64,000 bases of DNA from the human T2T-CHM13v2.0 reference genome, Homo sapiens. The first letter of the stretch is position 1. The number at the start of each line of letters is the position of its first letter. Below, piece after piece: positions 30,662 to 45,172 of the stretch. The DNA lies in the NCBI RefSeq assembly GCF_009914755.1, contig NC_060933.1, one strand, 5' to 3'. The position numbers were made by a program, and so were the translations under genes. Under the pieces are notes generated by a model. That model was not told where the DNA came from and searched no databases. It saw only the letters and a program-made list of their open reading frames with translations.

Positions 30662-31859
30662 TTGAAAACTGACTAGTCTACCCTAAGTTATATGATGCTT
30701 TTTAATTCCTCTCCTGACATTCTTGGACTCTTGACTTCAGGTCTTAGCTGTAGTCTGGCTTCCATGTGACTGTCACAGATCTTTCCAGAGGAGTGATATA
30801 ACCCCTATTATCCACTCACAAAGAAAAGGAACATTGTGAGCCTGGTGTGCTGGCCTAGTGGTGTCTAAGTTACTCTTGGATGTTGCTACACTGTTTCTTA
30901 TTCTTACATTAGGATAATGAAGTCCATCACCACGTTGTCAAAAGCACCTGGCAAAGTGTGACAAGTCAACCAGAAAACAAAAGCCCGATGAAAGCATCTG
31001 GAAATTCTTATGCCCTGGGATTGGAGTTGGGGCAACTGGAGGAAGCATCTTAACTGCAGCTGGAAGAAGAGAGTGGGTGGAACCTTAGAGGGAGAAGTTG
31101 CAGCAATTGGACCTGTTTTGGTGGGTGGGTGGGTAGCTTCCAGAACTGTGTACTTTGTGGATGGGAGGATGGAAAGGGGAGTGATGAGTCTGAGTGAAGG
31201 CTTGGACTTGCTAGGAAAAAGATACTGCATTGTCAGTAACATTTGGGGAACTGCAAGAACAGTTACAAGTTGGTTGTAAAGAGCCTTCACTGGGATGAAG
31301 TTAGATTTAGAAAGCAGTGGTACCTCATGTAGGGTTTTCACTGTGGAGAGGAGGCTGGGAGGACCAAAGAAATGGACGACAAGTTTGCTTCATGTGTGGT
31401 ATGGTGCTTCGGATACCAACATGGTCTCTGCCATTGAACTTGATGTACTGTGACAGTGGCCATTTTAATAGTAATGGATCCTTTACAGATCTAACCTAAT
31501 TGTCTTCCACGAGCACAAATTAGAAAACAGTCATCCCAGACTTCTGCTTCATGTCTTAGTCATACTTAATTTTCCATTCTTGTTGCCTTTGACTTAACGC
31601 ACTCCTCATCTTCCTATTCCAGAGCTTCCTAACTCGGCTTGCGATAGGTGTAGATGTTTAGAGATGGTGATTTTCCTCAGCCCATGAGGTCGTCTTCAAG
31701 GCAGCTGGGGAACCTGGGCTCTAGCCCCAGGCAACCTCATCTGTTTTCCCAGCGTGTTATACAAGTGCCGTGTTTGCCGTGTTTGCCGTGTTGAAAAGAT
31801 CCGGAAGCTCTCTCCTACATATCTGTTAGCTTTCTAGATGAGCTTTGCGTAAGTCATGG

Positions 31860-32304
31860 TTCTCCAGAAAAAAACAAACGGAGATTTATTATGGAAGTAG
31901 ACTCATCTGATTATGGAGACCTAGCAGTTCTACAGTATGCTGTCTGCAAGCTGGAGAACCAGGAGAGGAACTGGTGTAGTTCAGTAAGATCAGAGGCCTG
32001 AGATGGCCAAGGGTGGGGTCAGTTGCACTGGTGTAAGGCCCATGGTACCCAGAAAAGGAGAAAGTGGACGTTCCAGCTCAAGAGCAAATTGACTCTTCCT
32101 CTGCCTTTTCGTTTGGGCCTTCAACAGAATGGATGACACCCACCTGCATTGGTGAGGGTGGGCATCATCCAGTAGATGTACTCTGGTCTACTGATTGAAA
32201 TGCTAAACTCTTCTGGAAACACCCTCACCTACACACCAGAAATACCATTTTACCAGCTATCTAGGTATCCCTTCACCCAATCAGGTTGACACAAAACCAT
32301 CACA
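31860..32304 (-). mobile_element. MLT2-like ERVL LTR
   Basis: gagatttattatgg...tctgcaagctggagaaccagga...ggaaacaccctcac...gttgacacaaaaccatcaca. Confidence 0.8.
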
Positions 32305-33720
32305 GGCTTCTCAGCTGTAAATGGCCCTCCACACTTCAGTGTGCTGACCAGGACTGCAACTGCCGATTGGGTTGCCACCTCAGGCTCTTGGGATGTTTTA
32401 TATGGATAACTGGATTTGGATGTTGACAGCTTCCACCTCTGTAAGTCCAAAATTGTTTTAAAACTGCTTTTGTTTGGCTGCACAATTGTACAAGCCATAT
32501 GGGTTTTGTTTGCACACAATAGCAGATTTGAGCACAATAATATTGCTTCAAAATTCATTGAAATTTTGTTGAGAATATTTGGTGGTGGGACTATGTCTTA
32601 GAACAGCTTGAGGGTTCAGTTTTTTGTTTATTGAATGATTTTATGGACCCTGGAGTGATTCTTGCAGCTTAACATTTAAGTTCATTGTAGGCGTTTTTTT
32701 GTTGTTATTTTTTGTATAGGGAGCTGTCAATTAGGTCTGCTTCTGCTTAACAGCATTTTGACTATAATTTTTATATTGTCTTCGATTCTAAGGAACTTGC
32801 AAAGTTAAACTGCTTTTTAACCAGTTTGTTACTACTTAATTGTAAAATATTTTCAGTCATATCTTTAAGTGTTGTAATTCAAGATGGTTTTATAATTTTT
32901 ATACCATATTTGCATTTTTGCAAAGAGCACTGGCAGTTTCTTCATACTTACACAATTTCACACTTGCAGAAAAAGTTGCAGGAGCAGCACCAGAGCTCCC
33001 ACATACCCCACCACCACCTTAGAGAACCTTATAAAATTTTACACTTGTACCAACATTGTCCTCCAAGCAAAAGGGCCTGATCCAGGTTAACAAACTGTGT
33101 TTAACTGCGTTTAATGAATCTCCAGTTCACTTTCTCAGTCCCTCTCCCTCCTTGATCTTTATGACCTTAACATTTTTTGAAGACTGTAGGATAGTTGTCT
33201 TATAAAATGTCCCTCAATGTATGTTTGGTGTTTCCTCATTACTACCCTTGGTATGCGTGTTTGGAGGAAACAGAAGTGCTGTTGTGCCCTTCTAGCTGCA
33301 CCCCATAAGGTGACACAGGGTGTCAATTTGTCCCATCATTGGTGGTGGTCACTTGGACCCTGAGGCAGGTGGTGTCAGCCAGTCTCCCCTGGAAAGTTAC
33401 TCTTTGTCCCTTTGTATTGGATAAATATTTTATAGGGAGATATTTTGAGCCTTCGTAAATATCCTATTTCTCATCAAAGTTTGGCCCATTCTTTTTAGTA
33501 TTATTGTTTCTTGCCTACTGTAATGGTTTCCAAGTGGTGATTTTCAAATTCCTTCTACTTTATTAGTTAACATTGTCCTGTATTCTTACTCTTTTTCCCC
33601 CCATTTATTAGTCGTATCTGTATGGTCTTTGATTCCTATTTTATTCGATGGTACATAATCCCTTACCATCATTACTTTGATGTTGGAATTGTCCCGAGTT
33701 CTGTGATTGTGTGTTTTCTT

Positions 33721-33846
33721 TTTTTTAGTAGAGACAGGGTTTCACCATATTGGCCAGGCTGGTCCCGAACTCCTGAGCTCAAATGATCCGCCTGCCTCGG
33801 CCTCCCAAAGTGCTGGGATTACAGGCGTGAGCCCACTGCGCCTGGC
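33721..33846 (-). mobile_element. Alu left monomer only
   Basis: Perfect TSD TGATTGTGTGTTTTCTT at 33704 and 33847. Confidence 0.9.
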
Positions 33847-34155
33847 TGATTGTGTGTTTTCTTAAAGCTGGCTTCTGTGTTTCGACATGCCATTACCCTC
33901 TGAGTACTTCCCTACTTTCTGGCACAGTAATGTATTCCAGGCTCTTGCATTTCCTGTGCCCTAGTCCTGGAATCGGCTATTTATCAAGGAGCTCTAGCTC
34001 CCCTTAATGTAGACTGTATTTAGAAAGCAAACCCTTGCTCTAGGCGTGCTCACTGCTATTAGAGTCTCACTGCTCCCAAGCCGTCTAAGTGTGTCCACAC
34101 AGTAAATACATCCTTACATTTACATTTGATACATAGACACTGAAAAGGGAGTTCA

Positions 34156-34487
<332 letters not shown>

Positions 34488-35689
34488 ATGCCATAAGCTT
34501 CATTCTATCTTCTCCCTTCCCATATTTCTGACTCCTTCCAGGGCAGTGAGAAACTTGGCTCCCATTATCCTCAGTATAATTTCACCTTCCCTGAAGGTAA
34601 CCAGCGCCCAGCAGCACTCTGCTCCCTTTCTTGTGCTGAGCTGCCACTCGGCTTGGCCACTTTCCTGCACAGCCGAGGCATTCATATTTGAAGTGGACTT
34701 GGAAATGGAAGTGAAATGTCTTTAGATTTCCTAGTGTAGCACTCCTATGATGGAGCTTCTAGGAAAGCTCAGCTACATGGGAAAGGAAGGGCCTTATTTG
34801 TTCTGCTCTAGTTGCTGTTCCACTGGAAGGTTACCACCTGCTTGGAGTTTAGGACCAGTGTGTTTCAGGTGCTGCTTGTGGTGAGAGACAGGGTTGGTGG
34901 TTAGGGGAAAAAGCAGCCCCACAGGCTAGGCTGGTAGTGCAACCCGCACCCTGGCATTGTGCCCTCCTCTCTGTCCTGGTGCATGTTGCTGTTCTGATTC
35001 ATGCGTCCCATGAACAAGGAGCAATTGCCATGTGGTTTGGAATTTTTCCCACCTCCTTTATGTTGCTAATTTTTTTTATATACAAAATATGGCCCCTCTT
35101 CCAGGAAGCCTTCCCGTGACCCCCTTTTCCCCTCTAATTTGGGCCAGGAACTCCTCTGGGTTCCCTCAGCTGCTTCTAAGTATCTGCCATAAAAGTGAAC
35201 ACCCTGAACTGGGATTATCTGCATTTGGTGTATCACTGAAGGTACTGAACGAGAGAAAACTGGTGAGCTCTCTCAAATTCAGGGCTGTGCCTTTCATCTC
35301 TGTATCCCCAGAACCTGGTGAAGGGCTGGACCAAAGACCAAAGGAGATGCTGAGGCATCATTGGATGGATAAACAGACAATGAACAATAGTTGGGATGCC
35401 TTTTGTCATCTTTCTTGTGGCCCTAAGCTCCTCTTTACCTTTTCCGGAACCCTTCGGTTCTGAAAGTGGCCTAAGATGGTCAATGAACAGTGCCTCAAAG
35501 GCAGCTCTGTTTTTCCTTCCTCAGCTCCAAAGACTTTTCCACCAGGTTCTGAAAGACTTGACACATAATGCAGTGAGCTGGCTGGTGGTGGAGACTGCAG
35601 GGTTCTACTGACCAGTTCCAGATGGGCATGCATTCTGAGACTTAGTTGGAGAGCACACTGACAGCTGCACTCCCAGAAAGCCTGTGCTG

Positions 35690-35890
35690 AGGCCAGGTCT
35701 GAGGGCCTGGGTTTGAACTTGGAATCCGTCGGGCCCCGATTGTTATCTTCACAGCCACATCAGCTGGGTGACCTCAGCCAAATCAGTCTACCTCTGCTCT
35801 TGTTTTCTCATCTGCAAAATAGAGCTGCGGATGCCTGCCCCAGGTTGCTGGTGGAGATCAAGTGAGAGAGTGGATTGAAAACATCTTTAC
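35690..35890 (+). mobile_element. MIR
   Basis: agctgggtgacctcagcc...ttttctcatctgcaaaatagag. Confidence 0.65.
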
Positions 35891-37423
35891 AAAGGCCAGG
35901 TTTGGTTTTGGATGTGGGTGCCAACTGCCTACCCTGAAGTCAAAGACCGTCTGGGAAGAGAAGTTCTCTTTGCCTTTCTCCCACGACGAGCGTGTTGCTG
36001 AGTTATTTCCAGGAGCGTGGGGTGAGCCTCTTTGATCTCAGGGTGCCATTGCCTTCCCTGCCTCACTGTGATCGGCTCAGCGTTCCCAAGCGGCCAGGGC
36101 GCTTCCCACTCAGCTGGGCAGCACCGCCCAAGCATTTGGCATTTGGGGAACAGAAAGTTTTTATTTTTATGAGCTGTTTCTGAGCAATGCCTTGTTTTCT
36201 CCTGTCTGTTTCTAGGCCACAGGATTGGCAGCTGCATCCAACCTCCAGGTCAAATTTGGCAGAGAACCAAGCAATCCTGTCAAACAGAATGCCCACTGCT
36301 GCTCCTTCCCATCTCGAGGAACTGTCTCTTCTCAGTGTTTTCTTTTGATTTCCTCTGACAGTCTTGCTGCTCTTCCAGAGGCACAGGAACTCAAAATTGG
36401 GAAGGGTTTGAAGGTGACCCCCACGATCAAGTGCAGTGCCTCCCGCACGCGTGACTTCCAGCCTCCACATGCACACTTCCAATAACTGCACACACACCCT
36501 CCAGCTCAGGCCTCTTGGATTTCAGACACTCCAGTGGTTGAAGGGTCGCTATGTTAGGATCTCTGATCTTCCTCTCTAACCAGGCTATCCTCAGGTTCTA
36601 GTTCACTTCTGGGGGTCACCCTGAGCCAATGTAACCCCTCTTTCCTGTGTCAATCCTTTAGGTCTTTGAGAAGAGTGGTTGCGTTTTCTCTGACCGTGTC
36701 CCACCCTCTGGCCAAGCCTTCAGCTGAAAAGAGTCCCTCAGTTGGGGCGAGTGTATTGAGTCCTTCATTCAGATGAACCCGATACTTCAGGAGGGGCTGA
36801 GCAATAGGCACTACAGGGGAGCCCTCACCTCCCTTGTTCTGTGCATAATACCTCTATTAATACAGCCTAAATTTGGTCTTGCTGATTTGGCAGCCACATC
36901 ACACTGTGCCCGTAGACTAAGTGACTGTGCTAATAATACACCAGACTTTTCAAGGTGTCTGTGCCTTTGGGGGTCATGTCTGACACATGTTATAGAAGCA
37001 GAAACAGCCTACTAAACAAATACTGCTGTTTTCATAAAGTTATGTTCTGGACCAAGAAAATTGAGCTATCATTTACAAGTCCAGTGTCTCACCCTGTGCT
37101 AAGTGCTCGTATGAGGCACTTTTGCAATTTTACAAATGGGATAACTGAGGTCAGTCAGGGTAGAGCTACACAGCTACCAAGCGACAGCCAGGTGGCAAAC
37201 CTAAGTTGATTGATTCCGAAGTCACCCTAAGTGACACTGCCTCCCTATAGCCCCTGCTCCTTCACATTCCCTGAGCCAGTCTCTATCCCGCCTGTGATTT
37301 CTTTCTCTCTCTGCTGTTTTGACAGTTATTTGTTCCTCTGGTGATTTGCCTGGTTATTGCTAGACCAGCAGTTCTTAACATGCAGTATGAGGACTATTTT
37401 CAGGGGATGGTTATATGAAATCA

Positions 37424-37427
<4 letters not shown>

Positions 37428-37456
<29 letters not shown>

Positions 37457-37727
37457 GAGTCAGAGTCTTGCTCTGTCACCCAGGCTAGAGTGCAGTGACA
37501 TGATCTTGGCTCATGGCAACCTCTGCCTCCCGGGTTCAAGTGATTTTCCTGCCTTAATAGCCCAAGTAGCTGCAATTACAGATGCCTGCCACCACATCTG
37601 GCTAATTTTTTTTTTTTTTTTTTTAGTAGAGATGGGGTTCCACCATGTTGATCAGGCTGGCCTTGAACTCCTGACCTCAAGTGATCTGCCTGCCTTGGCC
37701 TCCCAAAACTGCTGGGATTATAAGCGT
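37428..37727 (-). mobile_element. AluS, lacking ~17 nt at its 5' end
   Basis: Poly-T plus body. Confidence 0.9.
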
Positions 37728-37752
37728 CAAAATTATTTTCATAAAAACACTA

Positions 37753-38056
<304 letters not shown>

Positions 38057-38516
38057 ATCTTCTGGGTTTCTCAATTTTTAAGAGGGAAAAGGGCATAAGA
38101 CCAAAAAACTTGAGAACTGCCGTGTTAGGTGATGGTTCTCTGTTAGATGTGTTAGATGACTCAGAAAAGAGTACCTGGGAAGGCCACTGGGGCACTGGTG
38201 AAGTGTCCCCTCTTGTCTGCTGGAGACATGGTTGGAAGCTTACATACCTGGTGCTGTGTGATGCTTCTCCGCCATTCTGCTCTCCATTCCTGCTTTCAGG
38301 AAAACAAACTCTAAACTCCCTGCTTGGCTTTCAGCGTACTTGCTCCAATTTACACCTTCAGTCTGGTCTCCCTCCCTCCCCACCGCATTCAACAGGGCTT
38401 CGTTACCCTGGCTTTTTCCACCCCTCTATGCATTTGCCCTCTGGTGTGCTCTGCCTAGAAACTCTCCCCTATTCCTCTCTCCTCAGTAGGCCAACGTTTA
38501 AAACCCACTTCAACGT

Positions 38517-38708
38517 GGCCAGGCGCGGTGGCTCACGCCTGTAATCCCAGCACTTTGGGAGGCCGAGACGGGCAGATCACGAGGTCAGGAGTTCGAGACC
38601 AGCCTGGCCAACATGGTGAAACCCCCGTCTCTACTATTAGCTGGGCATGGTGGCAGCGCCTGTGGTCCCAGCTACTCGGGAGGCTGAGGCAGGAGAATCG
38701 CTTGAAAC
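38517..38708 (+). mobile_element. Truncated AluS lacking the middle A-rich linker and 3' end
   Basis: CTCTACT joined directly to ATTAGCTGGG; similarity ends after CTTGAA. Confidence 0.85.
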
Positions 38709-39364
38709 CAAACAACGTTACAGGCTCTGTGAAGGCTTTCCTGCCCCAGAGTCAGCAGAGGATTGTTCCCTTGTTCCACTCCCTGAACATGTGGTACACA
38801 AACGGTGCGTATCTGACCATAGCTATTGATTTGCACATTTGTTTCATGGACATTGGTCTCAAAACCAAAAGCAAAACTGGCCTTGTCGGCAGTAGTGGGA
38901 GTTCAGCACCTATAGCTGACAAGGGAACTAAAAGGAAGTTTGCTTGAAGTCTTTGAAGGATAGAGGGTGGGAGAGGAGGGAGAGTCTGTCTCACATTGTA
39001 GGGAGGAAGTAAAACAAAAAGTCCAAGTGAGTGATGGAAAAAGCCAGGACCTGACATGCAGCAGGCTGAACACCTGGAGGGCAAGTGCTGTCTGCCATGC
39101 GCCGGCACGCCCCCTTGTGGTGAGGGAGAGCCGTGTAGTTTCAGGGGAGGAGCACAAAGTGGGAAAGACCCAGCATCCGTGGGTCGCTGAAAAGCTGTGG
39201 GAAATCGGGTCGCTGGAGGAAGGGAAGACGCTGGTCTAGAGACCCAGCTCATACTTGCCTCTATTGCCGAAACTACAGGGGAAAGAGGAAGAGAACTAAA
39301 CCCCTATAACTTCAGGTACCAAGAGCTCTATCTGCATTGACTCAGGCCATTCTAAGAAGTGTCA

Positions 39365-39717
<353 letters not shown>

Positions 39718-40660
39718 CTATGTGCCCAGATTCTCATAACTAGAACATAGCCCAGGGAGGTTGGGGACTCACTTGGCTCCAGGCCTTCTCTGAGCCCATT
39801 TAGACCAATTTTTTTTTTTTGTCTATACAAATATTAGGGTTGGGGGGACAGTGGGCTTTTCTTCAGATATCTGAGATAGCTTGAACTTTTACCCTTCTAA
39901 GCCATGGCTGGAGGAAGAGGCACAGGGAAAACTGATAGGATCTGGAGTCAGATGAGTGGGTTTTTTCTTTTTCAAGTTTATTTTGCCGTAAATGCAGCGG
40001 AGTAGGGATAGGGAAGTCTGTCCCTTTAGAATAATCAATCCTTCAAAATAATAATCACCTTCAAAAGCCATCCAAACAAAGACAAGTGCTCTGTGAGGCA
40101 TCCATAGGTCATGGCAGGATCCCCTATCTGGCCTGTGATACCACCTGAAGCTCCCCGTCTCCTCTGTCTAGCCCTGAGCCAGTCCAGGTGCTATCTTCCA
40201 GCTGGAGCAATGGCCATTCTTAAGCCAGAGGTCCCTGCAGCCCCTGGGCAGGGGAGGTGTCTGGGGAAAAAGTGAACCAAGAATCTTTCCAAAAGGCTAT
40301 TCTTTCTTGTGGCCTGGAATGCCTTTCGGCCTCTTGTATCCCTTTCTATGGGACTTTACAAAGCTCGTAATCTCAAGCTACACAATGCAACTTTGAGCAA
40401 TGATGGATTTGCAATAACCCCAGAAAAGCTGGCTTAGGCCTCATAGATTTCTCAGTTAGCTTGGAACTCACACACATACAAATGGCTATTAGCCTGTTTC
40501 AGGGCCCAGGGAAAGATGGCTGGCCTCCAGACCTTTCCATATATCCCTCTAGGGTCTCTCTGGATACTTCTTCCCCTTCTATTCCCATTCAGCCTTCTAG
40601 ACTCAGCCCTTATTCCTCATCCCAGATATTCCTTCTTCCCCAGGCTTTGCCACTGGGTGC

Positions 40661-40796
40661 CACTGGATCAGGGGCCTCCCATGACCCTCTCACTGGACCA
40701 AGGGACTCTCATGAACACCTTCACCACCTGACACTGGACCGGGGGTCTCCTGTGACATCCCTCACGCCCCCACTGGATCAGGAGTCTCCCATGGAC
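40661..40796. repeat. Degenerate 4-copy minisatellite, core CACTGGAYCRGGGGYCTCCCATGA
   Basis: Copies start at 40661, 40691, 40732 and 40771. Confidence 0.8.
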
Positions 40797-41095
40797 TCTG
40801 CTGTCAATACTTGCCCTCGACGCAAAGCATTGCCTCTGTCTGATTTTTTTCTTTTTTTTTTTCCATCATGACAGTGTGAACTCCTGGAGGGCAGGCCTGT
40901 ATGTTTTTCTTCTGGATGTCCTTACTACCTGGCACCTAGTAGGTGCTCAATACATTTTGGTTGAATAAATGAATCAGTGACAAGGAGTTTCAAGCCTCAG
41001 ATTAATAATCACCTCCATAAAGCCTTCCCTGGTGCTTCCCTACCACAATGAAAAAAAAAATTACAAGTGAACGGCTTTTATTTTCAAAACGTTTG

Positions 41096-41441
<346 letters not shown>

Positions 41442-43785
41442 TAAATTCATGTCATATGTTTTCAAAATTTCTACAGCAGAGTGATATGGATTCTGGCCAT
41501 GGCTCTGATATTGTTGTTGTATGTCTGTAAGCCCAGTTTTCTCATCTAGAAAATGGAGATGTTTATAATCATCCTTCAATAATCTGATGAGCAAGACTTT
41601 ACCAGGTATGACAGCAACTGTTATCTGGCACACTAGTCACTGCTTAATGCAAGTATGTCCATGTATTTAGCCCGCCATGTTGTCATTGCTCATTTACCAT
41701 GTTTTCCCTTATAGTGGGGCTCCTCGTGGCTTCTTTTCCCACCCTGGGCTTGGCTATAGTTTGTTCATGGAATTTAATGACTTTTCTGCCTTACCAAAGA
41801 TTTTCCGAGCACTTAATATTCACTGAACCCTTAAGACAAAGACCAACACTTGATACCCCCTTGGGCCAGCAGAGAGAATAATGAATAAGGCAGGACCCCA
41901 GTCCTCCAAAAGGATCACCATCTGGGAGGGGGCCCACAGAACAGTCAACTATAAGATTCCCGAGGAAATTCAGAGGTTAGAATGTGGGAGGGGCTCTTCC
42001 AAAACCTCCAGGGCCTGAGTCTGGGACTGAGGAGTGAGGAAGGTATGGATATTGTTGGAAAAGAGGAGTCCTGAGACAGCCCCCACTTTTGCAAGAACTA
42101 GCTCCTGTTTGGCTGCTACTTCTCAGCCAGCTGGAGATGGTAGAAACCCAGCCCCATAGATTCCTGGCCCCCCAGATTTTGGTGCAGGTACAGCCACCTT
42201 CTTTGGGCATGACAAACATTTCCAGGTATCTGCCATTGCTGCTTCATCCAGGAGCTCTGTCCTGGGCTGACTACTCAAATAACAGACCTCCATTGGGTTG
42301 ACTATTGTCTCCATATTCATTTGTTGAATTTGTGCTATTGATTCACTTATTCATTCATTCATGTAATATTCGTTGAGCACTAACTGCCAGACCAAGTACT
42401 AGACTGAGAACATGGACTAAGAGCTCCAAACCCTGTCCCAAGGAGTTCTGTGACAGATAAAGCTTTCCAATGCCATGAGAAGTGCTATAGCAGATTCATG
42501 ATCATCATAAAGATGGGACCTACAAGGTAATTGACAAGAAATCAAGGAAAGCTTCATGGAGCAGGGCATATGTGAGCTGGGCTGCAAAGGTTTTCTGAGT
42601 TCACACAACAAGAGAAGTGAGAGGAAAGGTACCCCAGGCTGAGGAAACAGCTTTCGCAAAGGCACAGGTGCAAAAAAGAACCAAGCAAAGTGGGGAATGA
42701 GGAGATTGTTGGTGTGGCTCAGACACTGGTCTAGAGGGTAGGAGATTAAGTTAGGACAGAGCCAAATTTACAAGGGGCTTAAATGCCATATTGGAGGCTC
42801 AGCCTTGAACTCAGGGTCAGTTGATAATCAACTGGGTTCCATAGACAGGCTCCAAAGCCTTCTTTATTAAGCCAACAAATATTTCACATAACACCCAGTG
42901 CATGCCAGGCACAAGGAGGAGGCTCAACACGAGGGGTTCCAGGCCACTTGTCTCTAAAGCTACATTTTAATGTTTTACATTTGGGGCTTCTGCATGTGAA
43001 TCTATTCTAGAAAAAAGAGGTGTATTAGCTAAAAAGAAACCAAAACAAGCAAAAGTCTGCAGCCAATTGCTTCCTCGGAGAGCCATTGCAGGTTTTGTTT
43101 TTTCTTGGAGAGGGGTAGTGTTATATGTTTGTTTTTAGCAGAGGACAGGTGTGTTTAGATCTATTTTCAAAGGATAAAGATAATTATGAGGCTTCCCAGC
43201 CCTCCCCTGCAACCATAGTACAGGAAGCAGGAAGCTCACTGAAGCGGGGGCTGTTTCTCTGAGTCCTGAGCTCAGGACTGGTTCTCTCTACCCTGCTGGG
43301 TGCTCCCTAGGGAAGCCAACAATGTGGCGTCATGGGTTCCAAAAGGAAATATCAGTTTCTTCTGGGAAGGAACTTGACCTCCTTTGAGGCTGGGAGCATG
43401 AAGCCAGGGAAATCAAAACACCATCCCATTCTTTTTTCCTTCATGGGAAAGAAAGCCAGCTCTGAAGATAGCCTCTTGGTGGGGAAAGAGCTCTCAATCT
43501 TTGAAATAACTCAAATCTGAGTTCAAATCCTCCTTTGGCCCACTTAGCTATGTGATCTTAGACAACTTCCTCAAGTTTTCCCAGCCTCAGTATGTTCATC
43601 TGTGATGATAATTATTGCTTACACCTACCTTCTTACCAGTTATTAAAACATATTACAAAGCCAGAGCCAAAAAAGCAGCACATGACAAAGCAAACAAATG
43701 GCACAAAATAGAAAATCCTAAAACAGATCTATGATTATCCTAGAACTTGATAGGTGATAGACATGCTATCAAGAATCAGTGGGCA

Positions 43786-44063
43786 AGCCGGGCACGGTGG
43801 CTCATGCCTGTAATCCCAGCACTTTGGGAGGCCGAGGCGGGTGGATCACTTGAGGTCAGGGGTTTGAGACCAGCCTGGCCAACATGATGAAACCCCGTCT
43901 CTACTGAAAATACAAAAATTAGCTGGGCATGGTGGCACATGCCTGTAATCCCAGCTACTCAGTAGGCTGAGGCAGGAGAATCACTTGAACCCAGGAGGTG
44001 GAGGTTGCAGTGAGCCAAGATCGTGTCACTGTACTGCAGCCTATGCCAGAGAGTGAGACTCCG

Positions 44064-44126
<63 letters not shown>

Positions 44127-44134
44127 AGAAGAAG
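43786..44134 (+). mobile_element. AluSx-like with compound (CA)n-An-(GAA)n tail, inside an old sense L1ME (~43630-44320)
   Basis: Perfect TSD AAGAATCAGTGGGCA at 43771 and 44135. Confidence 0.92.
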
Positions 44135-44319
44135 AAGAATCAGTGGGCAGAGGGTGGAATGTTTAATAAATGGAGTTGGAAAACTGGCTCCTATCTGGAA
44201 AAAAAAATCTTGTGTGTCTGAGTGTGTGTATGTGTGTGTTTAGTTATCTTTGGTTGACTGAAGATCTGAATGTAAAAGGTAAACCTATAAAAATTCATAA
44301 ATAGACTATGAAAATTATA

Positions 44320-44602
44320 GGCTGGTGCAGTGGCTCAAGCCTGTAATCCCAGCACTTTGGGAGGCCGAGGCGAGTGGATCACCTGGGGTCAGGAGTTCGA
44401 GACCAGCCTGGCCAACATGGTGAAACCCCATCTCTACTAAAGATGCAAAAATTAGTCAGGTGCAGTGGTGAGTGCCTGTAATCCCAGCTACTAGGGAGGC
44501 TGAGGCAGGAGAATTTCTTGAACCTGGGAGGCGGAGGGGTTGCAGTGAGCCGAGATCGTGCTACTGCACTCCAGCCTGGGTGATAGAATAAGACCCTGTC
44601 TC
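44320..44602 (+). mobile_element. AluSx-like
   Basis: Full body ending AAGACCCTGTCTC. Confidence 0.9.
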
Positions 44603-44840
44603 AAGCAAGCAAGCAAGCAAGCAGGCAAGCAGGCAGGCAGGCAGGCAAGGAAGGGAGGGAGGGAGGGAGGGAGGGAGGGAGGGAAGGGAGGAAGGAGGAA
44701 GGAAGGAAGGAAAAGACCCTGTCTCTGGAAAGAAAGTGAGAGATAGAGAGGAAGAAGAAAAGAAGAAGGAGAAAGAAAGAAAAAAAGAGAGAAAGAAAAA
44801 GAAAAGAGAAAAGAAAAGAAAGGAAGGAAAGAAAGAAAGA
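44603..44840. repeat. Compound purine-rich repeat: (AAGC)n(AGGC)n(AGGG)n(AAGG)n then GA-rich tract
   Basis: Read directly from the sequence. Confidence 0.95.
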
Positions 44841-44845
44841 TTATT

Positions 44846-45172
<327 letters not shown>

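Noticed and set aside
40661-40796. Repeat-spacer layout superficially like a CRISPR array
   Set aside because: Human DNA, degenerate repeats, short C-rich spacers of 5-16 bp, no cas genes
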